A DNA stretch of 64,000 nt from Escherichia coli (GCF_044324875.1 NZ_CP172185.1), one strand, 5' to 3'; shown: positions 9,613 to 22,575, counted from the stretch's first letter. Numbers and translations are program-made. The notes: generated by a model from the sequence alone, not told the origin.

Positions 9613-11986
9613 TCTTCAGTTCAGCCAGGCTTAACCAGGTTTGCACCACGGTATCCGGGTTCAGAGACAGGCTATCGATCCCTTCTTCCATCAACCATGC
9701 GGCAAAGTCTTCGTGGTCGGACGGGCCCTGACCGCAAATCCCGACATATTTGCCCTGTTTCTTCGCGGCACGAATCGCCATCGACAGCAGTGCTTTCACC
9801 GCATCGTTGCGCTCATCGAACAGTTCAGACACCACGCCGGAGTCACGATCCAGACCGAGCGCCAGCTGTGTCATGTCGTTTGAGCCAATTGAGAAGCCGT
9901 CGAAATATTCGAGGAACTGCTCTGCCAGTAAGGCGTTGGACGGAATTTCACACATCATGATGATTTTCAGTCCGTTCTCACCACGTTTCAGCCCCTGACG
10001 CGCCAGTTCGTCAACCACCGCTTTCGCCTGATCTACGGTACGCACGAACGGGATCATGATCTCAACGTTGGTCAGCCCCATATCGTTGCGCACACGTTTC
10101 ACTGCTTCACACTCCAGCGCGAAGCAGTCGCGGAAGCTGTCGGAAACATAGCGGCCCGCGCCACGGAAGCCGAGCATCGGGTTCTCTTCATCTGGCTCGT
10201 AACGCTCACCACCGACCAGGTTGGCATATTCGTTCGATTTAAAATCAGAGAGACGGACAATGACGCGCTTCGGATAAAACGCGGCACCCAGCGTCGCGAT
10301 CCCTTCAGTCAGACGACCAACGTAAAATTCACGCGGAGAATCAAAACCTTTCATCATCTCGCGGATTTCGTTTTGCAACTGCGGTTCCTGATCGTCAAAC
10401 TCAAGCAGTGCGCGTGGGTGGACGCCAATCATACGGTTGATGATAAATTCCAGACGCGCAAGGCCGACGCCTTCGTTCGGCAGGCAGGCGAAGTCGAAAG
10501 CACGGTCCGGGTTACCGACGTTCATCATTACTTTCAACGGCAGATCCGGCATCGTTTCTACGCTGGAGCTTTTCACGCTAAATTCCAGCAACTCCGCATA
10601 GACATAACCGGTATCACCTTCGGCACAAGAAACAGTGACGTTCTCACCGTCTTTCATCCGTTCTGTTGCATCACCACAGCCCACTACCGCCGGAATGCCG
10701 AGTTCACGAGCGATGATCGCCGCGTGACAGGTACGCCCCCCACGGTTGGTGACGATGGCAGATGCCTTCTTCATGATCGGTTCCCAGTCCGGGTCGGTCA
10801 TGTCAGTAACCAGCACGTCGCCAGGTTCGATGCGGTTCATTTCGCTGATGTCATGGATGACTTTCACCGGACCCGCGCCGATGCGATGACCGATAGCACG
10901 GCCTTCGGCGATAATCTTACCCTGTGAATGCAGCGTATAACGCTCCATGACCTGACCGCGTGAGCGCACGGTTTCCGGACGCGCCTGCACAATGAACAGT
11001 TTGCCGGTGTGGCCATCTTTCGCCCACTCAATATCCATTGGGCGACCGTAGTGTTTCTCAATTTGTACGGCCTGTTTTGCCAGTTCCTGCACTTCTTCGT
11101 TGGTCAGCGAGAAGATGTCACGCTGTTCCTGCGGTACGTCTTCGATTTTAACCTGCTTGCCGTGCTCCTGGGTCGGCGCGTAAACCATGCGGATTTTTTT
11201 CGACCCCATGGTGCGGCGCACGATAGCCGGGCGATTCGCCGCCAGTGTCGGTTTGTGCACGTAAAACTCATCCGGGTTAACCGCACCCTGCACGACCATT
11301 TCACCAAGGCCCCATGCGGAAGTGATAAACACCACCTGGTCAAAGCCGGATTCGGTATCAATGGAGAACATCACGCCAGAAGATGCGAGGTCGGAGCGCA
11401 CCATCCGCTGAACACCGGCGGAGAGCGCCACGCCACGGTGATCGTAACCCTGGTGCACACGATAAGAGATGGCGCGATCGTTAAACAGAGAAGCAAATAC
11501 ATGTTTCACTGCCACGAGAACGGCGTCAAAACCCTGAACGTTGAGGAAAGTTTCCTGCTGACCGGCAAAAGAAGCGTCCGGCATATCTTCTGCAGTAGCG
11601 GAGGAACGCACCGCAAACGAGGCGTTTTCGTCATCGGCGGAAAGCTGTGCATAGGCTTCGCGGATGGCGTTTTCCAGCTCAGGCTGGAAGGGAGTGTCGA
11701 TAATCCACTGGCGGATTTGCGCGCCCGCTTTCGCAAGCTGGGTAACATCGTCAATATCCGTTTTATCCAGCAGTTCATAAATGCGCTGGTTTACGCCGCT
11801 TTGGTCCAGAAACTGGTTAAACGCGTCGGCGGTTGTGGCGAAACCATTCGGAACGGAAACACCCATTCCGGAAAGGTTAGTAATCATTTCACCCAGGGAG
11901 GCATTTTTGCCCCCAACCCTGTCTACATCATTCATGCCGAGTTGGTTATACCAAAGCACCAGCGGTGACGAGCCATTGTTGGACAT
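9608..11986 (-). CDS. ppsA: phosphoenolpyruvate synthase
   Basis: 792-aa ORF; PEP-utilising enzyme sequence recognised. Confidence 0.95.
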   Translation of the reverse strand: MSNNGSSPLVLWYNQLGMNDVDRVGGKNASLGEMITNLSGMGVSVPNGFATTADAFNQFLDQSGVNQRIYELLDKTDIDDVTQLAKAGAQIRQWIIDTPFQPELENAIREAYAQLSADDENASFAVRSSATAEDMPDASFAGQQETFLNVQGFDAVLVAVKHVFASLFNDRAISYRVHQGYDHRGVALSAGVQRMVRSDLASSGVMFSIDTESGFDQVVFITSAWGLGEMVVQGAVNPDEFYVHKPTLAANRPAIVRRTMGSKKIRMVYAPTQEHGKQVKIEDVPQEQRDIFSLTNEEVQELAKQAVQIEKHYGRPMDIEWAKDGHTGKLFIVQARPETVRSRGQVMERYTLHSQGKIIAEGRAIGHRIGAGPVKVIHDISEMNRIEPGDVLVTDMTDPDWEPIMKKASAIVTNRGGRTCHAAIIARELGIPAVVGCGDATERMKDGENVTVSCAEGDTGYVYAELLEFSVKSSSVETMPDLPLKVMMNVGNPDRAFDFACLPNEGVGLARLEFIINRMIGVHPRALLEFDDQEPQLQNEIREMMKGFDSPREFYVGRLTEGIATLGAAFYPKRVIVRLSDFKSNEYANLVGGERYEPDEENPMLGFRGAGRYVSDSFRDCFALECEAVKRVRNDMGLTNVEIMIPFVRTVDQAKAVVDELARQGLKRGENGLKIIMMCEIPSNALLAEQFLEYFDGFSIGSNDMTQLALGLDRDSGVVSELFDERNDAVKALLSMAIRAAKKQGKYVGICGQGPSDHEDFAAWLMEEGIDSLSLNPDTVVQTWLSLAELKK

Positions 11987-12317
11987 CGAACAATCCTTTT
12001 GTGATAAATGAACGGTTTGAGAAACACATTTCTGCGCATTTATCTTTGCATATTTAACCGGATGAAAAAAACGGTGAATCGTTCAAGCAAATATATTTTT
12101 TTACTTTTTAAGACTGATCCCAGCGTTGCGCAAATCTGCTCTCTTCGACAATTTCCACATAAACCATCGGTATAAACGAAACCATAAAAATGAAATGCTG
12201 TTTTCATAAAAAATAAAATTGAAGGTTCATTTATAAACCAGACATAACGTTCTACGCTTCTGTGCGTTTTTAATTTATGCTTTCATAGAATTATGTCTGC
12301 ATCACGGGAAGAACAAA

Positions 12318-13151
12318 ATGGATAATGCTGTTGATCGCCACGTTTTTTATATTTCTGATGGTACGGCAATAACTGCGGAGGTATTAGGACACGCAGTAAT
12401 GTCACAATTTCCCGTCACTATCAGCAGCATTACGCTGCCGTTTGTCGAAAATGAGAGCCGTGCACGGGCAGTGAAGGATCAGATTGACGCAATTTATCAC
12501 CAGACAGGTGTGCGCCCGCTGGTCTTCTACTCCATCGTGTTGCCGGAGATTCGCGCCATCATCTTGCAAAGTGAGGGCTTTTGCCAGGATATCGTTCAGG
12601 CGCTGGTTGCCCCGCTACAACAAGAGATGAAACTGGATCCAACGCCGATTGCTCATCGTACCCATGGCCTGAACCCTAATAACCTCAATAAATATGACGC
12701 GCGTATTGCGGCGATTGATTACACCCTCGCCCACGATGATGGCATTTCGTTGCGCAATCTGGACCAGGCTCAGGTGATCCTGCTCGGTGTTTCTCGCTGT
12801 GGTAAAACCCCCACCAGTCTGTATCTGGCAATGCAATTTGGTATCCGCGCGGCAAACTACCCCTTTATTGCCGACGATATGGATAATCTGGTGCTACCCG
12901 CGTCGCTCAAACCGCTTCAGCATAAATTGTTCGGCCTGACTATCGACCCGGAACGTCTGGCGGCGATTCGCGAGGAACGTCGGGAGAACAGTCGCTATGC
13001 CTCGCTTCGTCAGTGCAGGATGGAAGTCGCGGAAGTGGAAGCATTGTACCGTAAAAATCAGATCCCGTGGATTAACAGTACCAATTATTCGGTAGAAGAG
13101 ATTGCTACCAAGATCCTCGATATCATGGGCCTTAGCCGCCGAATGTACTAG
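12318..13151 (+). CDS. ppsR: PEP synthase regulatory protein (bifunctional kinase/pyrophosphorylase)
   Basis: 277-aa ORF with P-loop GVSRCGKT; divergent from ppsA. Confidence 0.9.
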
Positions 13152-13307
13152 AGAACTAGTGCATTAACTTGTTTTTTTGTTATCATGCTAACCACCCGGC
13201 GAGGTGTGACACACCTCGCACTTGAAATCAGCTGCGATTGGTTTATCGTGATGCGCATCACTTCCCGGTAGTCCTGCCGTAGAAGCAACAAATTTCTGAG
13301 ACTTGTA

Positions 13308-14354
13308 ATGAACAGAACTGACGAACTCCGTACTGCGCGTATTGAGAGCCTGGTAACGCCCGCCGAACTCGCGCTACGGTATCCCGTAACGCCTGGCGTC
13401 GCCACCCATGTCACCGACTCCCGCCGCAGAATTGAAAAAATACTGAATGGTGAAGATAAGCGACTGTTGGTCATTATTGGCCCCTGCTCGATCCACGATC
13501 TCACCGCTGCAATGGAGTACGCCACCCGTCTGCAGTCGCTGCGCAACCAGTACCAGTCACGGCTGGAAATCGTAATGCGCACCTATTTTGAAAAACCACG
13601 AACTGTTGTCGGCTGGAAAGGGCTAATCTCCGATCCGGATTTAAACGGCAGCTATCGGGTAAATCACGGTCTGGAGCTGGCGCGCAAATTACTTTTACAG
13701 GTAAATGAGCTGGGCGTCCCCACCGCGACTGAGTTCCTCGATATGGTGACCGGTCAGTTTATTGCTGATTTAATCAGTTGGGGCGCGATTGGCGCACGTA
13801 CTACCGAAAGTCAGATCCACCGTGAAATGGCTTCGGCACTCTCCTGTCCGGTAGGTTTTAAAAATGGTACCGATGGCAACACGCGGATTGCTGTGGATGC
13901 TATCCGCGCAGCCCGCGCCAGCCATATGTTCCTCTCGCCAGACAAAAATGGTCAGATGACCATCTATCAGACCAGCGGCAACCCGTATGGCCACATTATT
14001 ATGCGTGGCGGCAAAAAACCGAATTATCATGCCGATGATATCGCCGCAGCCTGCGATACGCTGCACGAATTTGATTTGCCTGAACATCTGGTGGTGGATT
14101 TCAGCCACGGTAACTGCCAGAAGCAGCACCGTCGCCAGTTAGAAGTTTGTGAGGATATTTGTCAGCAAATCCGCAATGGCTCTACGGCGATTGCTGGAAT
14201 TATGGCGGAAAGTTTCCTGCGCGAAGGAACGCAAAAAATCGTCGGCGGTCAGCCGCTCACTTACGGTCAATCCATTACCGACCCGTGTCTGGGCTGGGAA
14301 GATACAGAACGCCTGGTCGAAAAACTCGCCTCTGCGGTTGATACCCGCTTCTGA
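13308..14354 (+). CDS. aroH: DAHP synthase, Trp-sensitive
   Basis: 348-aa ORF recognised as class I DAHP synthase; synteny. Confidence 0.9.
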   Translation: MNRTDELRTARIESLVTPAELALRYPVTPGVATHVTDSRRRIEKILNGEDKRLLVIIGPCSIHDLTAAMEYATRLQSLRNQYQSRLEIVMRTYFEKPRTVVGWKGLISDPDLNGSYRVNHGLELARKLLLQVNELGVPTATEFLDMVTGQFIADLISWGAIGARTTESQIHREMASALSCPVGFKNGTDGNTRIAVDAIRAARASHMFLSPDKNGQMTIYQTSGNPYGHIIMRGGKKPNYHADDIAAACDTLHEFDLPEHLVVDFSHGNCQKQHRRQLEVCEDICQQIRNGSTAIAGIMAESFLREGTQKIVGGQPLTYGQSITDPCLGWEDTERLVEKLASAVDTRF

Positions 14355-14485
14355 ATGCGTGCCCATTCCTGACGGAATGGGCATTTCTGCGCAACTTGTT
14401 GTCTCCTCAACAAATTACTGCTTGCTCTGGTTCGCCATAATATTGATAATAAGAATCATTGTTATATCAATTATTATTAATTTTT

Positions 14486-14677
14486 ATGCGTTATACGGAT
14501 AGCAGAAAACTCACGCCTGAAACGGATGCCAATCACAAGACCGCTTCCCCGCAGCCCATCCGGCGAATTACCAGCCAGACACTGTTAGGTCCGGATGGCA
14601 AACTGATTATCGATCATGACGGGCAAGAATATCTGCTCCGTAAAACTCAGGCTGGCAAGCTGCTGTTGACCAAGTAG
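14486..14677 (+). CDS. ydiE: HemP-like small protein
   Basis: 63-aa ORF from ATG 14486 ([14 protein letters not shown]...); position after aroH. Confidence 0.65.
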   Translation: MRYTDSRKLTPETDANHKTASPQPIRRITSQTLLGPDGKLIIDHDGQEYLLRKTQAGKLLLTK

Positions 14678-14680
14678 CCT

Positions 14681-16156
<1,476 letters not shown>

Positions 16157-16179
16157 TTAAACACCAGCAAACAGGAGGG

Positions 16180-16893
16180 TTATCGCTGAACCAACGTCGT
16201 TATCTGATTTATGGGAACGGCAGGCCACAGGCATCCCTGGAGAGCATGGAAATCAAAGGGGGTAATCTGTGCCATTATTTCTAGCGTATCAATGCCCCCC
16301 GCGATGATGCAATTGCAACATGGGGAAATTTGCGCCTGGATCGCACGAATAAACGGTTCGAAGGAGCGATGCGTGATTTGTTGCTGAATAAAACTTTTAT
16401 CCAGCATGACGCGGGTGAAAAGACCATCAAAAACCGCTTTCATTGTGCTATTGCCTGCGCCCAAATTACCTAACACAAGGGGATACATTTGCGATAAGGA
16501 AAAAAGATCGCGATTATCTTTTCCTTCATCGAGATGCGGGTAATTCTCATTAATCAACAGTTCAATAAACGGATATTTTAATAGTTCGCCTGCGTAATTA
16601 TCCCTGTCTAATAATAAAGTAGCCACTTGTGGCGTTAAATTAAGCCAGGCAAAGAGTTTATGTTGAATAAAAAAGTGTTGGCATGATTTTAGTAATTCCA
16701 ACTGCTCTGAAAATAATTGCCAATGTTGCTCCTCGGTAAGTTGCGCTATAACCCGACTCGTCGGGATACGAACCGTACCATCTTCACTGGAGAAATGGGT
16801 AATTAACTCAACGCCGACAAGGTCTTGCTGGTTATCTCTTATCGGCAGGAAATAGCAATCAGAATGATAAAGATTCTCCAAAAAAATCTTCAT
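16180..16893 (-). CDS. ydiV: anti-FlhD4C2 factor, degenerate EAL-like protein
   Basis: 237-aa ORF; synteny between selO and nlpC. Confidence 0.8.
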   Translation of the reverse strand: MKIFLENLYHSDCYFLPIRDNQQDLVGVELITHFSSEDGTVRIPTSRVIAQLTEEQHWQLFSEQLELLKSCQHFFIQHKLFAWLNLTPQVATLLLDRDNYAGELLKYPFIELLINENYPHLDEGKDNRDLFSLSQMYPLVLGNLGAGNSTMKAVFDGLFTRVMLDKSFIQQQITHRSFEPFIRAIQAQISPCCNCIIAGGIDTLEIMAQITPFDFHALQGCLWPAVPINQITTLVQR

Positions 16894-17139
16894 GGTAACC
16901 GTCCCTCTCGAAGGATGTTTTTCAGTATCCGGCTAAAAGGGATGAGGCCATAAGACATAACAATTACAGAAGGAGTAACTTTCATTTGTTCCATGTTAAC
17001 CACTTTTTCAGGGGTCCTTTTTTTAGATTATCCTGATTATAAACGAATAATCCATTTACGGAATTTTTGTCTGCAAAATACTACCGTATTCTGGAGTAAA
17101 TTGACGGCGATGTATCATCGCCGTCAATTTTTCGACATA

Positions 17140-17604
17140 CTAGATTCGTCTCGCCTGCCAGAAATTTTTCTGCCAATAGACATTATCAAGTGAGGAACGC
17201 ATCACTCCCTTGCTGGTAGAGGCGTGGATAAATTGGTTGTTGGTATCGTAAATACCTACATGCAAACCATTTTGTCCGGAGCCCGTTTTGAAAAAGACCA
17301 GGTCACCTGGCAGCAACTCGTCTTTATCAATTTGCGTGCCGATAGAGGCTTGTTCTTTAGTTTCTCGGGGCAGCTGCAAATCGAAACGATCGCGCATCGT
17401 CACAACCACAAACCCCGAACAGTCCACACCGCGCCGCGTCATGCCACCATAACGATACGGCGTGCCATGCCAGCTCTGTAGCTGGTCGTTCAAACCGGCA
17501 ATAACGGTAATCGAATCAGAAAGTCTGGCATTTGGCGGCGGTGCTTTATGGTGGCTACACCCGGCCAGAAACAGTGCTGTGATCAAAATAAGGCAGAAAC
17601 GCAT
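17140..17604 (-). CDS. nlpC: NlpC/P60-family lipoprotein
   Basis: Lipobox ...FLAGC at N-terminus, NlpC/P60 Cys/His region; 154 aa. Confidence 0.85.
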   Translation of the reverse strand: MRFCLILITALFLAGCSHHKAPPPNARLSDSITVIAGLNDQLQSWHGTPYRYGGMTRRGVDCSGFVVVTMRDRFDLQLPRETKEQASIGTQIDKDELLPGDLVFFKTGSGQNGLHVGIYDTNNQFIHASTSKGVMRSSLDNVYWQKNFWQARRI

Positions 17605-17681
17605 TCCGTACGGTTCCTCTGTTTTTTATTCTTGCATTAATTTAGCGTCGTAATTACCCGATTTTCAAGATACTAATGAAA

Positions 17682-18431
17682 TCAGATGGTCGAAATCAGC
17701 ATTCTGTGACCTTCGATATCCAGACGGCGAAAATTCATCCCATAGGCCTGCGCCAGATTTGGCGGCGTGAGCACCTCTTCCCTGCGTCCACTGGCCAGCA
17801 TTTTTCCACCTTTTAGCAACCACGCCCGATGCGCATGACGCAATGTATGGTTGAGATCGTGACTGCTCATCACAATCGCCAGTCCTTGCTGACACAGCGC
17901 GCTCAGAATTTTGTCTAATGCACTTTGTTGCGCAACATCAAGACTGTTCATCGGCTCATCAAGAAGCAGCAATTGGCCTGCGGGATTGGCTTGTGGTGTG
18001 ATTTGCAGCACCACCGCAGCAAGACGTACGCGTTGCCATTCGCCGCCGGAAAGTTGATTGGTGCTACGTCCGAGTTTGTCATCAAGAGTCAGCGCCCCTG
18101 CGACATCATTCAGTAGTTCGGTACGCGTTTTATCGTGCTGATGCAGTGTCAGGTAGTGCCAGACCGGCATTGCAAACGGTGGCGTCTGTTGTTGTGAAAG
18201 ATAGGCGCGATGCAGCGCGAGTTTTGTTGCGGACCATGCTTCCAGTGGTTGCCCCGCGAACTGAATGCTTCCCTTACCGCTGGTCATTCCGGCCATTCGC
18301 GCCAGTAAGGTACTCTTACCCGCGCCATTCGGCCCCACCAGGTGCAGGATCTCCCCAGCCCGAACCTCGCCAGAAAGCGGCCCCAGGCGGGTAGACTCCG
18401 CAACATCCTGTAACTGCATCACAATAGACAT
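17682..18431 (-). CDS. btuD: vitamin B12 ABC transporter ATP-binding protein
   Basis: Walker [10 protein letters not shown] and ABC signature LSGGEWQR. Confidence 0.95.
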   Translation of the reverse strand: MSIVMQLQDVAESTRLGPLSGEVRAGEILHLVGPNGAGKSTLLARMAGMTSGKGSIQFAGQPLEAWSATKLALHRAYLSQQQTPPFAMPVWHYLTLHQHDKTRTELLNDVAGALTLDDKLGRSTNQLSGGEWQRVRLAAVVLQITPQANPAGQLLLLDEPMNSLDVAQQSALDKILSALCQQGLAIVMSSHDLNHTLRHAHRAWLLKGGKMLASGRREEVLTPPNLAQAYGMNFRRLDIEGHRMLISTI

Positions 18432-18982
18432 TATTTTGCCAACGCCAGTTTAATGCTTTCCATCACAATGGGATCTTCCGGCGTCATATCCGGGGAAAAA
18501 CGCTGGATGACCAATCCGTCCCTGCCAACTAAAAATTTCTCAAAATTCCATAAGATATCATCAGGGTACAGCGGTGCACGACCTTTGCTGACCATACGGG
18601 CATAGAATCCGCTCTCTTCCGGCGCGACTGCGGTCGGCGCTGCGGCAATCAATTTTTGATACAGCGGATGGCGTCCTTCACCATTAACTTCAATCTTACT
18701 GAACATCGGGAACGTCACCCCCCATGTAGTGGTGCAGTAAGTTTTAATCTCTTCATCGCTGCCCGGTTCTTGCTCCAGAAACTGGTTGCACGGGAATCCC
18801 AGCACCACAAAACCACGATCGGCCCAGGCTTTCTGAATATTCTCCAACTGCTCATATTGCGGCGTTAAGCCACACTTTGAGGCGACATTGACAATCAACA
18901 GCACATTACCGGCGTACTTCTCCAGCGTGGTCACTTCACCGTCGATATCTTTCACTACGGTCGTCAGAATGGAATCTTGCAT
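18431..18982 (-). CDS. btuE: glutathione peroxidase-like protein
   Basis: 183-aa ORF, GPx-like; between btuD and btuC. Confidence 0.9.
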   Translation of the reverse strand: MQDSILTTVVKDIDGEVTTLEKYAGNVLLIVNVASKCGLTPQYEQLENIQKAWADRGFVVLGFPCNQFLEQEPGSDEEIKTYCTTTWGVTFPMFSKIEVNGEGRHPLYQKLIAAAPTAVAPEESGFYARMVSKGRAPLYPDDILWNFEKFLVGRDGLVIQRFSPDMTPEDPIVMESIKLALAK

Positions 18983-19044
18983 CGTTTCTCCTGGGTGTGG
19001 TCAGTAAAAATCTTAGCTTTTAATCATAGACCGTCTTTTTGCGG

Positions 19045-20025
19045 CTAACGTCCTGCTTTTAACAATAACCAGATAAACACCGGCGCACCCAACGTTGCGG
19101 TGACCACGCCAATAGGCAGCTCTGCGGCAGCTAATGCCAGGCGCGCTACAACATCGGCCAGCAGCAATGCGCTCGCCCCTGCCAGCGCGCAGCCGGGAAG
19201 TAATACGCGATGATCGGTCAAACCACATAACCGGAGAATATGTGGGATCACCAGACCAATAAAGCCGATAGCACCCGCCAACGCCACACTGACGCCAACC
19301 ATCCAGCCGGTCGCTGCCACCAGCACATTGCGCCAGAACCACAGGGGTAAACCCAGTTGCCGCGCCGAGATCTCGCCAAGTGCTAACATATTCATCGGCC
19401 TGGACTGACAACAGATCCACAACAACACGGGGATCAATGCCAGCATCAGCCAGCTTTGCCGCCAGTCTACGCCGCCAAAACCGCCCATCATCCAGTACAT
19501 CAGCTGACGTAAATCAACAGAGGTGGAAAAGTAGATAGCCCACGTCATTAGTGCGCTACAGATAATCCCTAATGCAACGCCAGCCAGCAATAACCGACTG
19601 GTCGAAAGATGACGACGGGCGAAACGTAAGAGTATTAAAGTGATGATAAGCGCGCCAGCAATCGCACACAGCCCCAGCGCCCAGTTGGGGAGTTGCCCTT
19701 GCCCAAGCAATACAGCGGCGATAAGCCCCACGCCTGCGCCATTAGAGACGCCAAGTAGTCCAGGTTCTGCCAGAGGATTTTCAAATAACGCCTGCATTAC
19801 AGCGCCGGATATAGCCAACGCCGCACCAACCAGCAATACAGCCAGCGTACGTGGCAGGCGAATCTGCCAGACGAACAGTTCGCCTCGAGGAGAAAACCAG
19901 TCACCTGGCGAGATCCATTGTTCACCGGCGCAAAGGCTTAAGAGAAGCGCCAGCAGCATCAAAACTGACAGGCATAATAACCAGCGAATATTTTGTCGCT
20001 GTTGTTGGCGGGCAAGTGTCAGCAT
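19045..20025 (-). CDS. btuC: vitamin B12 ABC transporter permease
   Basis: 326-aa highly hydrophobic ORF; FecCD-type permease; synteny. Confidence 0.95.
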   Translation of the reverse strand: MLTLARQQQRQNIRWLLCLSVLMLLALLLSLCAGEQWISPGDWFSPRGELFVWQIRLPRTLAVLLVGAALAISGAVMQALFENPLAEPGLLGVSNGAGVGLIAAVLLGQGQLPNWALGLCAIAGALIITLILLRFARRHLSTSRLLLAGVALGIICSALMTWAIYFSTSVDLRQLMYWMMGGFGGVDWRQSWLMLALIPVLLWICCQSRPMNMLALGEISARQLGLPLWFWRNVLVAATGWMVGVSVALAGAIGFIGLVIPHILRLCGLTDHRVLLPGCALAGASALLLADVVARLALAAAELPIGVVTATLGAPVFIWLLLKAGR

Positions 20026-20086
20026 GGTATCCGTTCTGCTGAAGTGTCATGGCGTTGATTTTACGGTGACTCTTCGACAGTGAAAA

Positions 20087-20108
20087 GAAAAAAGGCCGCA
20101 GAGCGGCC
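20087..20108. repeat. attL core, direct repeat gaaaaaaggccgcagagcggcc
   Basis: Identical 22-mer at 57761-57782; seen in sequence. Confidence 0.7.
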
Positions 20109-20200
20109 ATAATTGCAATCAAAAATCAATAATTTAAATACTTATCAATCACTTAAGAACACATTAAAATACAAGCAACCACGCAAAACGACGTGAATGT

Positions 20201-20218
20201 GGTCACTTTGTGGATCAT
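20201..20218. repeat. 18-bp repeat ggtcactttgtggatcat inside prophage left arm (possible integrase arm-type site)
   Basis: 17/18 match to 57705-57722 in same orientation; functional role is inference. Confidence 0.3.
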
Positions 20219-20631
20219 TCGTCCCCTTCTTTCTCTTTGTTCTGTTGAACGCTAATTGCGACACACGTAGCAATCAAATCTTTACATTTCTCCATATCTT
20301 CTGTCTTGCGCAACTTGATGCTTGCCACCGATTGTGGATTATCCGCTGTGGCACAATGCATTGTTATTTCAATGTCGTTTCGATGAAAGAGTCCCATAAT
20401 AGCTTTTGCAACCTCCGTCCCTTTTTCCGCGATATCAAAGATCAAAGCAAGTTTATACAAAATATCACCAGAAAAACACTCAACCCTGCTAAGACCAACA
20501 TCACATAATGAAAAATATTGCTCAACGTCCCCCTGGAGTTCGGGAGCACACACAATATCTATTTTTCCGTACTGGCCTGAATAAAAGTCACTATTAACTG
20601 TTTTTTTCACAACATCCTCCTTCTTCAGCAA
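20215..20631 (-). CDS. hypothetical acidic protein at prophage left end (C-terminal region paralogous to ORF 56096-56311)
   Basis: 138-aa ORF overlapping 3' end of int; FHRNDIEITMHC...IKLRKTEDMEKCKDLI resembles FRRNDIEIELHF...VKLRHARDVQACQCLI. Confidence 0.55.
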   Translation of the reverse strand: MLKKEDVVKKTVNSDFYSGQYGKIDIVCAPELQGDVEQYFSLCDVGLSRVECFSGDILYKLALIFDIAEKGTEVAKAIMGLFHRNDIEITMHCATADNPQSVASIKLRKTEDMEKCKDLIATCVAISVQQNKEKEGDE

Positions 20632-21595
20632 TTGGATTAAACCTCACCGCATCCTGCAAATAATCCGGTGCAAGATGGGCATAAATCATCGTTGTCTGAA
20701 TCTTTGCGTGCCCCAGAATTTTCTGGAGCGTCAGAATATTGCCGCCGTTCATCATGAAATGACTGGCGAAAGTGTGGCGCAGCGCGTGAACGGCCTGCCC
20801 GTCAGGAATGGAAGGGGCAACCGCTTTTATCGAATCGCGCACCAGTGAATAATCCAGCGCCGGAAATACCAGCTTTCCGCCCCGTTTTTTAATTTTGTCA
20901 AACAGGCTTTCAGAAATTGGAACAGTCCGGTTTTTACTGTTTTTGGTTCTGGAAAATGTGATCCGGGAATGCAGAACGCGGCGCTGTTCAAGTGCCACCA
21001 CCTCACCCCATCGCGCCCCGGTAGATAAAAGAATTTCAGTAGCTAGCCGTTCGTCGGGATGCTCTACCAGAACGTCAAGCAGCTGGAGGCACTCCTGCCT
21101 GTTCAGATACCCCATTTCGCGCTCGCTGACCTTCATCCCTTTCAGTCCGCTAACAGGGTTATCATTCTGGAAGTGACCGGATGAGATGAGTGCGGAAAAC
21201 ATCGCGCTAAGCGCACCAACCTCGCGGTTTATGGTACTTGGCTGAATCCCCTCCTCCGCTCTTGCCACGCGTAATTCCGTTAACGTGGTGGCGTTGACGT
21301 TGTTAACACGCGGATCCCCCATCGCTTCACACACGCGCTGTAATTTGAGGCGTGTGTTCCACCCCGATTTCATCAGTTGCCCGTGAAACTTCCACCATAA
21401 TTCGATAAGTTCGGACAACGAACGGCGATCGGTCGGCGCACTGTTCCATGCGTTATTTTGGTGTTGAGCTAAAACCCAGCGTTCGAACTGGATAGCCTCC
21501 GACTTTGTTTTGAACTTTTTACGAATGCGTTTACCTTTGCGCCCATCAGGACGCATATCAACCATGTAGCCACCAGGGATTGATTTTATGCTCAT
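20594..21595 (-). CDS. int: tyrosine-type site-specific integrase (P2 Int-like)
   Basis: Translation MSIKSIPGGYMVDMRPDGRKGKR...; C-terminal ...HALRHTFASHFMMNGGNILTLQKILGH...YAHL catalytic region; start chosen at ATG 21595 inside longer ORF. Confidence 0.9.
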   Translation of the reverse strand: MSIKSIPGGYMVDMRPDGRKGKRIRKKFKTKSEAIQFERWVLAQHQNNAWNSAPTDRRSLSELIELWWKFHGQLMKSGWNTRLKLQRVCEAMGDPRVNNVNATTLTELRVARAEEGIQPSTINREVGALSAMFSALISSGHFQNDNPVSGLKGMKVSEREMGYLNRQECLQLLDVLVEHPDERLATEILLSTGARWGEVVALEQRRVLHSRITFSRTKNSKNRTVPISESLFDKIKKRGGKLVFPALDYSLVRDSIKAVAPSIPDGQAVHALRHTFASHFMMNGGNILTLQKILGHAKIQTTMIYAHLAPDYLQDAVRFNPIAEEGGCCEKNS

Positions 21596-21644
21596 TGGCA
21601 TACCCCCAGCGTCACAAGCCCACCGTGCCCCCAGCGTTCCATAA

Positions 21645-21953
21645 TCAGCCGTGCAGTGTGCCAGTCTTGCGGACTTTTTGAGAAGGTGATGTGCTTTCTG
21701 GCCCATCAGGGGAGAGAGTCGGGCTGATCTGCCCAGCAGCCTCGTTTGTTTTTCCCGTCATGAGCCAATTCATGTACTTAAAAAAACGAGGATGATTAAC
21801 AATCTTGACGAGAGCTTCGCCGCCGACATTCTCAATCCGACCTGTCTCATAACGGCGTAGAGTACCGATAGGTACATCAATCAGTTCACAAAACTCTTCA
21901 CGCGTTAACCCTTCCGACTCACGAATTACTCTGATTTTTTCACCAATAAACAT
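21645..21953 (-). CDS. immunity repressor (P2 C-like HTH protein)
   Basis: 102-aa HTH protein upstream of int and divergent from early operon; recalled resemblance to P2 C. Confidence 0.7.
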   Translation of the reverse strand: MFIGEKIRVIRESEGLTREEFCELIDVPIGTLRRYETGRIENVGGEALVKIVNHPRFFKYMNWLMTGKTNEAAGQISPTLSPDGPESTSPSQKVRKTGTLHG

Positions 21954-21992
21954 TGACAGTGTTCCTATCAGTACAGTATTCTTGATTTCAAG

Positions 21993-22010
21993 GTGTACTT
22001 ATAAGTACAC
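21993..22010. promoter_or_regulatory. perfect 18-bp palindrome GTGTACTTATAAGTACAC in the repressor/early divergent intergenic region (putative operator)
   Basis: Seen in sequence; flanked by a second inverted repeat gtattcttg...caagaatac. Confidence 0.5.
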
Positions 22011-22050
22011 AAGAATACAAATAGCCACAGACTGGAAAGGTTACCACATC

Positions 22051-22329
22051 ATGACAAAAGTCTTGAACACATACGGGGAGACGGACTTCAACAAGCTGGC
22101 GGCAATGTACCCCTACCGTGATGAGCATGGACTGCCAGTTCTTGAGGAAAGCCTTGAGGACTACGCCAAACGAACCAATCAAGCCCTGAACACTGTTAAA
22201 AAACAGGTCGACAGAGCGCAGATCCCTATAAATCAGCATAAAAAAGGCGGGAAACGCACAGTAAATCTCTACGCAATTTTTCTGAAAACCATCATAAACG
22301 CAGAGAAATATGTACTCATGACGAAATAA
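22051..22329 (+). CDS. first early gene, Cox/Apl-position small protein (function uncertain)
   Basis: 92-aa ORF from ATG 22051 divergent from repressor; positional analogy only, no recognised similarity to P2 Cox. Confidence 0.4.
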   Translation: MTKVLNTYGETDFNKLAAMYPYRDEHGLPVLEESLEDYAKRTNQALNTVKKQVDRAQIPINQHKKGGKRTVNLYAIFLKTIINAEKYVLMTK

Positions 22330-22359
22330 CTATTTTCCGCAAATAACGAGGGCAACAAC

Positions 22360-22575
22360 ATGACCCCAAGACAAAAATTAACTACCAGCAATAATGATGT
22401 ATTAATCTGTTCAAATAAACACGTAGTGGCTGCAACAAAGGTCGGCTCATTAATCACTATTCACTTTGCTAATTTCAGCCTGGAGATACAGACCAATAAC
22501 GAGGGAGAAGCCGCAGCATACATGAATGTATTGAAAAACTCCCTGCGAGAAAAAAGAAACACCGAGGTGCAATAA
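22360..22575 (+). CDS. hypothetical early protein
   Basis: 71-aa ORF in early operon. Confidence 0.45.
   Translation: MTPRQKLTTSNNDVLICSNKHVVAATKVGSLITIHFANFSLEIQTNNEGEAAAYMNVLKNSLREKRNTEVQ

Noticed and set aside
10373-11968. Plus-strand ORFs of 184 and 319 aa inside ppsA
   Set aside because: Antisense to ppsA; the translations are low-complexity and His/Arg-rich, with no RBS context.
20087-20108. tRNA or tmRNA gene as the integration target
   Set aside because: The att core is a simple terminator hairpin directly after ihfA; no cloverleaf-compatible structure is present at either junction.
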